Shown here in pieces: positions 22,201 through 32,819 of a DNA stretch of 64,000 bases (the stretch's first letter is position 1; each line of letters starts with the position of its first letter). The DNA lies in IMG/VR virus record IMGVR_UViG_3300044233_005517. One strand, written 5' to 3'. A model generated the notes under the pieces. It saw only the letters and a program-made list of their open reading frames with translations. It did not search any database and was not told the origin of the DNA. The position numbers were made by a program, and so were the translations under genes. This DNA comes from an uncultured virus (IMG/VR IMGVR_UViG_3300044233_005517) (lineage: Duplodnaviria > Heunggongvirae > Uroviricota > Caudoviricetes).

Positions 22201-25200
22201 TTATGAGCCGAATGGAGGAGTACCTGAACCTCCACTTCCGCCTCTGCCAGATATTCCAGACAATCCGCCTCCTGATGAAGTTCCACCAGAGCTTCCGCCA
22301 GAGCCACCAGAAGATCCTGTAGGAACATTTCTTATATTCAGGCTGTCGAATCCTGCCGCTAAACCTCCTGTTGAACCGGGAGGGGGAGCATTTGGATCTG
22401 TTGTAGCACTGCTTAAGACTTCTCTGATTTCTTCATCTGCTCTCGTCACCACTTCTGTATATCTTCTGCCCCATGGGACATATCTTCCAAGACGTGCCAG
22501 GTCAGTTCCGGTGATTTCTGTTATTATTCCAGAGTCTGTGATACTGTTTAGGGAAGCATAATATTGGTTTAGCCTTTCTTTGTTATTACCTGGAGAAGGC
22601 AAACCAAGGTCTGCTCTACATTCAGCATCTCCTGGCTGATATGGGGTTGGAGATTCTGGTGGTCCTTCTCTCAAGAATTTATCTAACCAATCAGCCGGAG
22701 GAATAGAATTTAACCAATTTGGATTTGGTTTATTATCCAATACCCAATATGCTGGTGCAAATGGGGTGATTGGAATACCAACACCGAACAGGGACAATAT
22801 AAACAATGGCAAACCAATCTCCCAAACTTGCGGTTCAGGAATTAAACTATCATCTATTTGGTCAAACAAAGAAGCATCTGGTCTCGGTATCGTTGGGCTT
22901 GCGGATTGTCTACAAGAACCTGGTGCTAAAAGATCATCGCATCCACCTGGTATAATACCCAGTTCACTTGCCACATCTCCAAGCGCAGAAATATTATCAG
23001 ATACTGCATAAGCTGTATCAGAAGCTGCTTGAGCGGCTTGATTTATTAACATTTGTGCCATTGCAATTTGTTTATTGGTTACATGAATAAGATCAACAAT
23101 TCTTCTTGAAACAAGGACATTAAGATCTGCCACTTCTATAAATCCTTTAAATATAAGAAGAGGAGAGCGAATAAGTATTGCTGCAAGTTGACCCACCAAG
23201 CCCTTGATATCAAATCCGTTTCTAAAACTGTCATCAAAATCTCTATTGGATAATGCACAAGCAGAAGATCTATAATCTTGAGCATCTAATAATGCAAACA
23301 ACAATTGTCTTAATTGCTCTTTTGTAGCATCAAATATTGTATCGATATTTTTGAGACTTGACATATATGTATTTGAATAAATGTTGTTGATACTTAACAT
23401 TTTGTCAATAGGGAACATGTATTTAAACATTAAAGCATAATCATCCGTCTGAATCATTTGTTTTGTAAGGTTTCTTAAGCCAGAATTTCCCTTATAAACT
23501 GCCCTCATGAAACTCACCCTTTCTGGTGATTCTGGAATTAAAAATCCGTTACTATCTAATTTTGGAGCAGAAACATCACTGTATAAAGAAATAGCATCTG
23601 TGATACTAATATCTAAATCAAATGGTGTTTCAACAGATGTAACTGGAACAATATTTACTGTTCTTGTAGCAGAGCCAGATGTTTCTCTCACAAAATATGC
23701 TTTTGATTTTTGAGAAATTGTTGGACTCCCAGCAATTGAAAAATTACTATTAAGAAAATCAGTAAATATACTTGATGGTAAAGCTCCATTATCTTGTACC
23801 CCTTGTACATCTATTTTTTGACTATCAACAGGGAAGACGTATGACAAACGAAGACCTAAATTAACTTCCTTAAAATAGTCACCCAAAGTAACACTTTCAT
23901 TTGTGAAAGTTTTTATTGAGTTTGGTGAGTTAGGAAGTCCTCGACCGCAAGCATTGTTAACAAGATCTGGATCTATCCTGACTTCTTTTTCTAATTTATC
24001 AACGCCGGTTATTGTATAGAGAAAATCTTGAAATTTATCAATGTTTGAAATACCCTCAAGATAGACATCTCCATTTGCTGCTCGATTGACTATATCAATA
24101 TTATTTGTCAAGCTTTGTTTTCCAGCTTCAGATAATCCTAAAGTATCTGCATCAGCCTGATTATATCTAACTGATCTGACATATGGCTCTAATAAGAATC
24201 CTCCATTTGTAAAGTTGCAGGTTAGTGGTTCTTCCATTGGTCGGCGAGCAGGTGGCAGTTTGTTAATTTTTTCTGATAATTTGCTTCTTATTTCCCCTCT
24301 GCCCTTTTCAAGGTTTCTAAAGTTAACATAGGCATCGTTCCATGAAGCAATCCACTTATCATATTTTAATTGAAGGTCGATTCCCTCTCTTGTAAAATTA
24401 TCGTTTCTGTCTCGGAATCTGCTGTCTTGCTCTACTTGAGATCTTTCCCAAACAAGCACCTTTAAGATGGAGAGCGGATCTAAATCCATCAAAGAAAGGT
24501 ATGGAGATTGACCTATTTGAGGAACCCCTAAATCTACATACCCAACGCCTTGATAAAAAAGTCTCGCGTGTAAACCTCCTCTGGTTCCGTCTGGGTTTAG
24601 AACAGTGTTATTTGATGATGGCATAGCAAAAATAGCTGTTGATTCTTCTTTAACCAAAAGGTTGCTATTAGAAGAATAATTTGAATTATTATTTGTGCTT
24701 CCTGCAAGATCTAATTGATTATATTTTATATGAGGTTGAAAAACTCTTTCTGGTCCTCTATAGACCCAAGGATCTCCTGAAATTCTGAATCCTAAAGCTC
24801 TTGTGCTTGATGCATAGTCTCTGTCGCTTTCTGTGTAATATCTCCAAATAAATTTAAATTCATTTCCAAAAAAGTCATAAACATAACGAGGTGCAAAATT
24901 TTCAACTAAAACTGGTAAAAACCTTGTTCCATTGCCATTGCTAAAATAACTTTGTCCAATTTGTATGTATCTTTGATCGTTAGAAATTCTAAAAACTGGT
25001 TCAGTGCGATTAAAGGCTGGGGCTGTATTATTATAATCATCTCCAGCATATCCCCAATCGTCATTGCCGTTTTGCCAATCTTGAATCCTATCGCAAGTTT
25101 CATTATCCAACATAACTGTTCTTACTGCACCTGGAGTTGTTAAAATTCTTATGTTTTCATCTCCCCTTGGAGTTCCTGCTTGGTTAATATGGGGGGCATA

Positions 25201-28200
25201 AACATCATTAACGACTTGATAACGTGAGCTGTCATAGAAAAATGCACTTCCATTAAACACAAGAGAAGTTGCCTGACCATTAGTTGCAAATTCAAAGTTA
25301 CTTTGATAATTTGAACCTTGACTATAAGCTCGATATCCATAATCAAACTTTGAATTTCCAAGCAAGAAGCCGAAAGCGTTTTCTATTACAGCACTTCTAC
25401 GTAAAGACAAATCACGTGTACTGGCATCTGGAAACTGAATTGGTGGCGGAACATTTAAAGAGTTCGGCTGGAATGATTTATTTAAATAATACCCCGGATA
25501 AAACAGTTCGCCATTTAATGTCCTATGAGAGCCAATATCTCCTACATCTCCTTCAGTAAACACAGCAGGGTTTGCTGCAACTGCCATTAATTGAATTGAA
25601 GTTTTCATAGCTTCTTTTTCTTCACTTGAGATTCCGTACTGGTACGTTAAAACAGTATCCAAGATATCAAAATTATCTAAAAGAAAGTCGTAGTTTAGTG
25701 GATTCGGTTCAGAACTGTTAAAGTCCATAAGACCTGAACTTATCAATAGCCAATTCTCTCTGCTGATACTTCCATACGTTGGATAGCTTGTGCCGGTACG
25801 AGATGCACCCAGGGTTTCATTTCCTATGGTATATGATAATTCACTATTCTGTAATTTTAATGAATTAGCATATGACGCAATATCCGGCGATAATGACCAA
25901 GTATTCTTTTTGTATGCAGCTGAATCATAAGAATTACTATCGCCATTTGCTGATACTTGACCGTTTGTTGGACCGGTTGGTTGAACATTAAAATATTTTC
26001 TAAACAAATATCCCAAAGGCGAGATATATGCTTGAAGTCCCGCCTCTTTTATTTTTCGACTTGAGAGTTCACCGTTGATAACGGCGTTTAGCATGTTTGG
26101 ATCAAGATACTCTAAATCTTCTGATAAAGACTTACAAGGCTTATCTAATCTCGCCTCCCCTGCTTCTTTTTGAATATCAGCAAACCTTATCCAGTTTTCA
26201 AGCAAAATTGCATCAACAGAGGTATCACCAGAAGAATCAACAACACGCGACATCCTATTAGACACTGCCCATATTTGCTGTCTAACTAAAAATTTTAATG
26301 CAATATCATACTCTTGCGGACTGTAATCTCCATATTTCTCTTTGATCTCTTGCACTTCAAATAAAGAAACATTTCTTTCGTAAAGGTCAATGATTTCTTT
26401 TTCAAACTCTGTAATAAACCCTTCTTGTTCGATTTTGTACGTTATAAACCGGGAGACATAAAGCACCATTAAATTATCAACATCTTCTGGTTTTTTGTAC
26501 TTAAACCAATAGAAGATGTGAAGACACTTCAAGAACATTTCTGTGATATATGTTCTTAAAAGAAGCAAAATTACGCCACCTAAATTGGATTTCTGGAAGG
26601 GACTATTTGAAGATGAACCAATCCCTGATACATTTGGAAATGAAGCTTCCAAACATTCAATTGCTTGATATTCTTCCCTTATTCTATTCTTTAGAGCATC
26701 AATGTCCAATAAGTGTGGAGGACATTCCTGATCTGCTAATTTAGCAGGAGCCAAATCAAGATCTTGCAGGCTCTCTAAATTAAAATACGGATTGCTTTCC
26801 GAACCAATCTGATTTGTGAAGCTGCAAAATATATCTTTCCATATTTCGTTATAAGCATGTTTTGTATAGAGTTCATTTTTAATAACCTCTTCTGTTCCTA
26901 AAACACCGACTGTTGCACCAGGGGTTGTAAATCCAAGATTAAATGGTAGTCCTGACAGGTAATCTTCTTTATTCGTAACTTTCTCTAAAGCAGAGAATAT
27001 GGTTGGACCATTCCTCAAAGAATCTTCAATTAAGTTTGCAAACATCCTGTCTTGAGGTGTTCTATTATCCGCACTTTGTATGTCAGCGGAGGTATCAAGA
27101 GGCAAAAGGCTTCTTTCTTCATAACTTTTAACTGCTTTTTCGTTTATGTCAAAACTTTCCGCTTGAGCTGTTAAAAGGACAGGTGGGATGCCTCCTGCTG
27201 TCTCCTCAATGTTTGTAGGATTATCAACAGTTATGGTGAATATATATTCTTCTTTACCTTCGGTCCATTTGTAAGGGACAACATAATTTAAGTTTAGACC
27301 CATCTCATCGACTTTCTTTAAAAGGTCATATATTGATGATTCCGATCCTAAACCTGCTTGAGAGCTGTCACCTGTTGGGGAAGAGTATTCTGAAGCGACA
27401 GATCCTGCGAGAACGCTGATGTCAACTCCAAGATTTGAGAAGACATTATTTGGCACTTCAAATTTGAAATTTTGAAAATTCTGCTCTTGGGAAATTTGAA
27501 TTTTTCTTGCCGGTTGTCCTGGTCGATCTCCAAAACAAAACGTTCTATAGACTTCTTGAAAACCGGGTGCAAAGGCTTCTGGTCCTTTCTTTTTTCTTAA
27601 GATTGGAACTGGAGAGAATCCAAAAGTTTTTGTGTAGAAGCCACCAGGATCGTTTCTTCCTCCAATGGCTGTGCGATCTGCGTTTTGGTAAAATCTATTG
27701 TTTGTGTTTGCCAGCTCATACAACCTTTCAGACTCGGGATATGGTTGAGTCATGCCTATAGAACGCTTATCAACATCATCATCATCGTTTGCATCTATAG
27801 AAACACCATATTCTTGACTAATTCCGACATCATCACCCAACCAGTGAACAGATGTAAAACTATCCTTAAGAGTTGTACCTCCTTGGTATGTCAAGTTGTT
27901 CATTCTGTTTCCGTCTGCATTAACCGCACCGGGAGGTAGTGCTCCGAATGCGACAGTTCCATTTCCAACCAAATCAAGAAAATCAGGGTTGAAAAGAATT
28001 TTTTTCTTTCCATTAATTGTTCTCTCAATGGTACGAGGAACTACCTCGTCTACTGTAGTTGATTGTGCAGTTGCAGGAACATAATTACTTACATCTTTAT
28101 TGAATTGAGATGCGACAGGATCATACAAAGCGTTTAATTTTGTATCTAAAACAAAATCAATATATGGATTTCTATTCGGAACTATTCCAGGGACAATGTT

Positions 28201-30387
28201 TCCGTTTTCATCTATGGAACATTCAAATGGAGGAAGAGAATCATCTAAAACATTATCTTTTTGAAGAAGGTTATTTAGATCTTCCAATCTTTTTTTAGCT
28301 CTTTGGCGAGATGAATCAATTTGCTCTTTGATGAGTTCTGGACTCATATCTTTGTTTTGTAAAAGCTGTTGTCTTAATGTTGTGTCATCTGGATCACACA
28401 AACACTTATATTCTTCTGGAAGATTGTCTGTGACTTTTGTCACTTCCTCAAGGACATTTGAGTAACCAGCGATCTTACCTAAATCTTCAAATAGTTCTAA
28501 AATATCATCGTCTGTTTGATATTGTGATTGGATTGCGGGATAGTTTCCTGCCAAGTTTCTAATAGTGTTAACTGCATCTCGATTAACTCCGCAGCCAAGC
28601 ATCATATTACCCATTTCACCTGGAGTTAATACAGCGGAAGAGGCAGCAAGAAAATCAGTCATTTGTTGCTTTGTCTCTTCTGCTTTCCTTATCATATTTT
28701 GTTGCTCTGCCGGACTTTGGTTTGGATCTATTTGCCCAGGAGTGAGAATACGATTTTGTGCAAATCTTTCTGTTTGTGCTGCGAGTTTTTGTTGCTCTTC
28801 ACTGATCGAAGTTCTTACACCACCGGGTAAGGCGATAGAAGCATTTTGGATGTTACCAATAGTAGTTGAAAGAAACGACTCTAATCCTGTTCCGAGGACG
28901 GCATTAGCACTCAATCCACCAAAGTTAAAATTATCAAATCTTGCTTTACCTTGACCTTCCAGAGCACACTCTTTGCAGAAATCAAGAAGCATTTTTATCA
29001 ATTCTATTACAAGATCAAAAAGAACGCTAACCAAAGCAGAAACAACGGCTCTTGAAATAGCAAGACCCCACTGCTTAAGATAATCAACAACAGGAAAGTC
29101 ATCTCTCAAATAAATTGTTGGGATATCAAAAACACCTAATTTTATTTCAGATGCAAGATTTGCAGCTTCATCCAAAAATTGCTGTGCTGGACCTAAAAAG
29201 TCCTGCCCTCTAAAACCCAAACATTCAAGTGCAGATTCGATAATTCCCTTAATTGGAACCTTATTTAAGACCTGATCATATAGATCGTCTAAATCTCTCG
29301 TTACATTTGCAAGACCTCTTAAGTTTCCAATTATTTGGTCGCCGACAAAATCTGATGCAGATTCTAATATTTCAGCAGCCTCCTCACGGGTTTGGAATAA
29401 TGAAACGGCAACTTCTGCTTTTTCGGCTCCTGTTTTTGAGGTAGTTTCATTTGCTTTATTTTGAGCATCAGCAAGAGCTTCAGATTTAGGTGGACTAAAC
29501 ATCTTAAGAGAGCTAAAGTCCACTTTAGGAGGATTTAAAACATAACTTTCAACAAATTCTTGAATGCCTAATTTAGATTTGCTTACCCAAACTTTATTAA
29601 GTTCATCTATATTATACAAAAAATAATTCGTTCTTGGATCTGCAAATCCCGCAGAAGATCTAAATGTAGAAAATCCTTTATCAAATGGCTTTAAGCACTT
29701 GCCCTCTTTGGATATAACGTACTGCATCTTATAAGCAGAATCCATACCAAGTATAAAATCAAGATTGGTCATACTGGTGACATCGTTTTCTTCTGCCAAC
29801 ACCTTAAGTGCCGGATATATTTTATCTAATTTTTGTGCTTGTGCAGCAAAATTGACTCTTGGGATTCTTCCATAAAGCTTTCTTGTTTCTGCATCATAGA
29901 AATTTAAAAGATTTTTTAAGTTGTTTATCTTCGGCTTTAACTGACGCTCATTAATCTCTTTATTAAAAGCTGCCTTTTGAAGACCAGCTGTCCCTTCTGC
30001 TGATGAAGGTAGCGGGTCAATTTGATCAGTGGGAACCGATAATAAAACTTTAAGTCTTGAATTGGGTCTTTCGTTTATATCCCATTCTTCAGCGATTACA
30101 TCTATTGATTCTTTGTTTTCAGCAAACTTATCATAATATTTTAATATTCTATCAAGAGCAACTTGTTTTTGCTCTGACATTCTTGTGGATAAGTCTTTGC
30201 GAGTTTTGCCAGCAGATTTATATTTTGTAACAACAGTAACTGCATATCTATCTTTTAGTTGAAGCTCTTCAGCATTAACTGTTTTAGCTTCAGATTGAAG
30301 ATAGAATGGCTCACTCTTGTTGTCGTTTGTGGTCCAATCTTTTGTTATTAATGATGGTGCTTTTTTAGGATCTATTTCACTTGCCAT
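22201..30387 (-). CDS. Giant putative virion/tail protein with hydrophobic segments and a Gly/Ser-rich C-terminal tail
   Basis: 2728 aa; lies between the spike-like gene and gp25; largely helical N-terminal part; no recognisable catalytic motif. Confidence 0.55.
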   Translation of the reverse strand: MASEIDPKKAPSLITKDWTTNDNKSEPFYLQSEAKTVNAEELQLKDRYAVTVVTKYKSAGKTRKDLSTRMSEQKQVALDRILKYYDKFAENKESIDVIAEEWDINERPNSRLKVLLSVPTDQIDPLPSSAEGTAGLQKAAFNKEINERQLKPKINNLKNLLNFYDAETRKLYGRIPRVNFAAQAQKLDKIYPALKVLAEENDVTSMTNLDFILGMDSAYKMQYVISKEGKCLKPFDKGFSTFRSSAGFADPRTNYFLYNIDELNKVWVSKSKLGIQEFVESYVLNPPKVDFSSLKMFSPPKSEALADAQNKANETTSKTGAEKAEVAVSLFQTREEAAEILESASDFVGDQIIGNLRGLANVTRDLDDLYDQVLNKVPIKGIIESALECLGFRGQDFLGPAQQFLDEAANLASEIKLGVFDIPTIYLRDDFPVVDYLKQWGLAISRAVVSALVSVLFDLVIELIKMLLDFCKECALEGQGKARFDNFNFGGLSANAVLGTGLESFLSTTIGNIQNASIALPGGVRTSISEEQQKLAAQTERFAQNRILTPGQIDPNQSPAEQQNMIRKAEETKQQMTDFLAASSAVLTPGEMGNMMLGCGVNRDAVNTIRNLAGNYPAIQSQYQTDDDILELFEDLGKIAGYSNVLEEVTKVTDNLPEEYKCLCDPDDTTLRQQLLQNKDMSPELIKEQIDSSRQRAKKRLEDLNNLLQKDNVLDDSLPPFECSIDENGNIVPGIVPNRNPYIDFVLDTKLNALYDPVASQFNKDVSNYVPATAQSTTVDEVVPRTIERTINGKKKILFNPDFLDLVGNGTVAFGALPPGAVNADGNRMNNLTYQGGTTLKDSFTSVHWLGDDVGISQEYGVSIDANDDDDVDKRSIGMTQPYPESERLYELANTNNRFYQNADRTAIGGRNDPGGFYTKTFGFSPVPILRKKKGPEAFAPGFQEVYRTFCFGDRPGQPARKIQISQEQNFQNFKFEVPNNVFSNLGVDISVLAGSVASEYSSPTGDSSQAGLGSESSIYDLLKKVDEMGLNLNYVVPYKWTEGKEEYIFTITVDNPTNIEETAGGIPPVLLTAQAESFDINEKAVKSYEERSLLPLDTSADIQSADNRTPQDRMFANLIEDSLRNGPTIFSALEKVTNKEDYLSGLPFNLGFTTPGATVGVLGTEEVIKNELYTKHAYNEIWKDIFCSFTNQIGSESNPYFNLESLQDLDLAPAKLADQECPPHLLDIDALKNRIREEYQAIECLEASFPNVSGIGSSSNSPFQKSNLGGVILLLLRTYITEMFLKCLHIFYWFKYKKPEDVDNLMVLYVSRFITYKIEQEGFITEFEKEIIDLYERNVSLFEVQEIKEKYGDYSPQEYDIALKFLVRQQIWAVSNRMSRVVDSSGDTSVDAILLENWIRFADIQKEAGEARLDKPCKSLSEDLEYLDPNMLNAVINGELSSRKIKEAGLQAYISPLGYLFRKYFNVQPTGPTNGQVSANGDSNSYDSAAYKKNTWSLSPDIASYANSLKLQNSELSYTIGNETLGASRTGTSYPTYGSISRENWLLISSGLMDFNSSEPNPLNYDFLLDNFDILDTVLTYQYGISSEEKEAMKTSIQLMAVAANPAVFTEGDVGDIGSHRTLNGELFYPGYYLNKSFQPNSLNVPPPIQFPDASTRDLSLRRSAVIENAFGFLLGNSKFDYGYRAYSQGSNYQSNFEFATNGQATSLVFNGSAFFYDSSRYQVVNDVYAPHINQAGTPRGDENIRILTTPGAVRTVMLDNETCDRIQDWQNGNDDWGYAGDDYNNTAPAFNRTEPVFRISNDQRYIQIGQSYFSNGNGTRFLPVLVENFAPRYVYDFFGNEFKFIWRYYTESDRDYASSTRALGFRISGDPWVYRGPERVFQPHIKYNQLDLAGSTNNNSNYSSNSNLLVKEESTAIFAMPSSNNTVLNPDGTRGGLHARLFYQGVGYVDLGVPQIGQSPYLSLMDLDPLSILKVLVWERSQVEQDSRFRDRNDNFTREGIDLQLKYDKWIASWNDAYVNFRNLEKGRGEIRSKLSEKINKLPPARRPMEEPLTCNFTNGGFLLEPYVRSVRYNQADADTLGLSEAGKQSLTNNIDIVNRAANGDVYLEGISNIDKFQDFLYTITGVDKLEKEVRIDPDLVNNACGRGLPNSPNSIKTFTNESVTLGDYFKEVNLGLRLSYVFPVDSQKIDVQGVQDNGALPSSIFTDFLNSNFSIAGSPTISQKSKAYFVRETSGSATRTVNIVPVTSVETPFDLDISITDAISLYSDVSAPKLDSNGFLIPESPERVSFMRAVYKGNSGLRNLTKQMIQTDDYALMFKYMFPIDKMLSINNIYSNTYMSSLKNIDTIFDATKEQLRQLLFALLDAQDYRSSACALSNRDFDDSFRNGFDIKGLVGQLAAILIRSPLLIFKGFIEVADLNVLVSRRIVDLIHVTNKQIAMAQMLINQAAQAASDTAYAVSDNISALGDVASELGIIPGGCDDLLAPGSCRQSASPTIPRPDASLFDQIDDSLIPEPQVWEIGLPLFILSLFGVGIPITPFAPAYWVLDNKPNPNWLNSIPPADWLDKFLREGPPESPTPYQPGDAECRADLGLPSPGNNKERLNQYYASLNSITDSGIITEITGTDLARLGRYVPWGRRYTEVVTRADEEIREVLSSATTDPNAPPPGSTGGLAAGFDSLNIRNVPTGSSGGSGGSSGGTSSGGGLSGISGRGGSGGSGTPPFGS

Positions 30388-30390
30388 AAT

Positions 30391-31365
30391 TTAATTGGTG
30401 TTATTAAATCTACTGTTTATATAACTATCTCCTGCTTTACTTAAATGGTTTTTCTCCATATTTTCTAAATTTTTAGTTATGTTTTTTACTGACTCAAAAA
30501 CGTTAGTCATATCCTTTATTTGATTGTTAAAGCCTGCTTGCATTGCTGGTAAACTTGTGAGAACCTGTTGACCTTGGAAAGGAGAGACATGTGTGTGGGA
30601 TTGTATAGCAGCGTTAAATATTGATTGATTATTTCTGAAAGCTTCTACAGCCCCTTTTAATTCTTGTATCATTTTAAGAATCTTTCTTAAACACTCTACC
30701 AAATTATCTCCCCTTACAAGAGGTTGAACCCCAGATGCATCATTACCTGCAATTAAATCAATTCCACCAAAGCCAAAAATTTTTCCTCCTTGAGAATTTT
30801 TACTATCTGTTCCGGTCACAAGCTTTATTCCTTGTCTTGCGACAATTCTTATGTCGTCGGCTTTAAGTGCAATAGCAGATCTTGGCTGCCTTTTTACACC
30901 TTCTAAACCTGGGCTTCCTTGACTACCAGGAGCTAAAACAAAATTTTCATCAACGTCTGTCTTTTGAGATATATAAATTCTCGCTGCATCAAGAGCAAAA
31001 TCAGGTTCATAAAACATTGGGAGTTGATCATCTGCTGTTTTATCACTCATTTCCCTATGAAGTTTCCATCCCTGGACACCTACAACTATATCAATCATGT
31101 CGGACTGCGTATCTCCACGACCGCCGTATCCAGAGCTTATTGCGCGGGGTCTGTCTCTACCAAACACAATAGATGAATTTTGATATTTTTCTCGATTGTG
31201 GATTTCTTTTTCGCATTCTCCTAAATTTCTTTCTATAAGAGCTTGTTTCGCAATACCACAATTAACGCCACTGATGATAGCCTTTTGCTCTTTAGATAAA
31301 GCATCTTCAGCTACTCTGTTCTGTTCATTTAATCCTTTATTATCTTTAGCTTTTTTAAAACTCAT
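30391..31365 (-). CDS. Putative baseplate central spike (gp5/gpV-like beta-helix with HxH tip motif)
   Basis: Short beta-strand repeats (SAIALKADDIRIVARQGIKLVTG), PLVRGDNL, SHTH motif; position near gp25. Confidence 0.55.
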   Translation of the reverse strand: MSFKKAKDNKGLNEQNRVAEDALSKEQKAIISGVNCGIAKQALIERNLGECEKEIHNREKYQNSSIVFGRDRPRAISSGYGGRGDTQSDMIDIVVGVQGWKLHREMSDKTADDQLPMFYEPDFALDAARIYISQKTDVDENFVLAPGSQGSPGLEGVKRQPRSAIALKADDIRIVARQGIKLVTGTDSKNSQGGKIFGFGGIDLIAGNDASGVQPLVRGDNLVECLRKILKMIQELKGAVEAFRNNQSIFNAAIQSHTHVSPFQGQQVLTSLPAMQAGFNNQIKDMTNVFESVKNITKNLENMEKNHLSKAGDSYINSRFNNTN

Positions 31366-31374
31366 ATAAGCCCC

Positions 31375-32520
31375 TTATTGATACACAGGTCGTCGTTTTT
31401 TAGCTTCTTCTGGACCGAAATAAACCCAATGCCAAGGTTCAGATGCGACTGTTCTAACAAAACCATATTCAGCAGCATTTTTAGCTAACCATTTATAAAC
31501 ATTAGTCACTCCAGGGTAACGCAGACGCGAGACATTTTGAATCTTTTTTGGCTGTTTGACTCCGCCTGTTTGTATATCCACAGCAATACCAGACTGATGA
31601 TAGCTATTTCCCGGTTTTGCAGCAGGATTAAATCCTGGTTTTTTTTGACTCCACCCCTTCCAAAGTTTTTCTTGCTTTTTGTAAGTACGAAAAGCACTGT
31701 TGGCTTTTAAATCCACACCTTGGGTTTTTGCAGCTGTTCTCATTCTCTCATAAGCTTCTGCTGCGTCTGTTCTCATTATTTTTTCTTTATCGTTTTTTAT
31801 ATTGGGCGTTGTAATTTTTGAAGTTTCAATTTTGCCCAAAAGTTTTCCTCTTGGATCGTATGCACACGAATCGCCCTTTGGATCTTGTTCACATTCTGAC
31901 TTCTCTGGGATATTTGATGGAACTGCTTTGGCTCTTTTAGTTCTGCCTGCTTCTTCTGTTTTCTTTTTTGCAGATGTTTTTGCGGGTGGAGTGCCACCTT
32001 CCGCAGCAATATTTCTAAATTGACCGACTTTATTTAAGTACCCTTTAGAATGAGGGTGAATAACAGTTACCCAATCACCTGGTTTTGGTATTACTTGAAG
32101 TGATGTAGAGTCTGGTTCATATAAATAAAGCTGATCTATTAAGGCTCGCGCTTCTGCGTCTGGATTTATAATATTTTCTGGAACTGCAAAAGCCTCATCA
32201 ATACCTGGCACATAAACTCTAAAATATGTTGTTGTATCTTTTGGATTGTTGGAAACTTGATTAATTTTGTCCGTTTTGCTATCAGGTTGTGGTGGTACAT
32301 CTCTATCAACAGACATACACATTCCCACAACTTCTTCATTTATAATATTGTTTTGCGGCTTATAACTGTCTAAAGCCATGCGGTAAAGCCTGTCAAGAAA
32401 CTGATCTTGAGTTTCAAGCTTTTCTTCAGGGAATTGAGAAGTAGTAGAAGACTGTATTTTGTAGTCTCCCTCACGTTTAATCCTTGCAACCCTTTCCGCT
32501 TTTTCTTTATCCGTAGCCAT
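31375..32520 (-). CDS. Virion-associated cell-wall peptidase with C-terminal M15B (VanY-like) domain
   Basis: NSAFRTYKKQ...AAKPGNSYHQSGIAVDI...WLAKNAAEYGF...EPWHW; the N-terminal part has a gp5-OB-like PKPGDWVTV motif. Confidence 0.85.
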   Translation of the reverse strand: MATDKEKAERVARIKREGDYKIQSSTTSQFPEEKLETQDQFLDRLYRMALDSYKPQNNIINEEVVGMCMSVDRDVPPQPDSKTDKINQVSNNPKDTTTYFRVYVPGIDEAFAVPENIINPDAEARALIDQLYLYEPDSTSLQVIPKPGDWVTVIHPHSKGYLNKVGQFRNIAAEGGTPPAKTSAKKKTEEAGRTKRAKAVPSNIPEKSECEQDPKGDSCAYDPRGKLLGKIETSKITTPNIKNDKEKIMRTDAAEAYERMRTAAKTQGVDLKANSAFRTYKKQEKLWKGWSQKKPGFNPAAKPGNSYHQSGIAVDIQTGGVKQPKKIQNVSRLRYPGVTNVYKWLAKNAAEYGFVRTVASEPWHWVYFGPEEAKKRRPVYQ

Positions 32521-32522
32521 GA

Positions 32523-32819
32523 CTATTCTTTATTTAGTTGGTCAAAAATTTCTGCGCGTTCCTGCTCTGACAAAGAAGTGTCCCCAACCTCGTTTTTCTG
32601 CTTTAAAGAGGCAATCTTCACCAATTGCTCATTTGAGCGTTGTAATGTTTCCATGTATTTTGCAGCGGTTATTCCAACCTCTTTATGACGTTCGTCAGCA
32701 CCAGACAAATATTTGATTAGATCCTGGAGGAGTTCTTTTGTTTGCTCTCGATCTTCTCTAATATTGTTTATTGCTTCAGATGTTAATTCTGTAAAGTCTT
32801 GCTTTTTCATTCGTTCCAC
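32523..32819 (-). CDS. Hypothetical coiled-coil protein
   Basis: 98-aa ORF in operon context. Confidence 0.6.
   Translation of the reverse strand: MERMKKQDFTELTSEAINNIREDREQTKELLQDLIKYLSGADERHKEVGITAAKYMETLQRSNEQLVKIASLKQKNEVGDTSLSEQERAEIFDQLNKE

Noticed and set aside
18476..32520. Bacterial contractile injection system (eCIS/T6SS/tailocin) rather than a phage
   Set aside because: The surroundings include a gp55-like sigma, PhoH, CCA-less tRNAs and phage-type hypothetical genes, with no T6SS membrane complex or bacterial core genes
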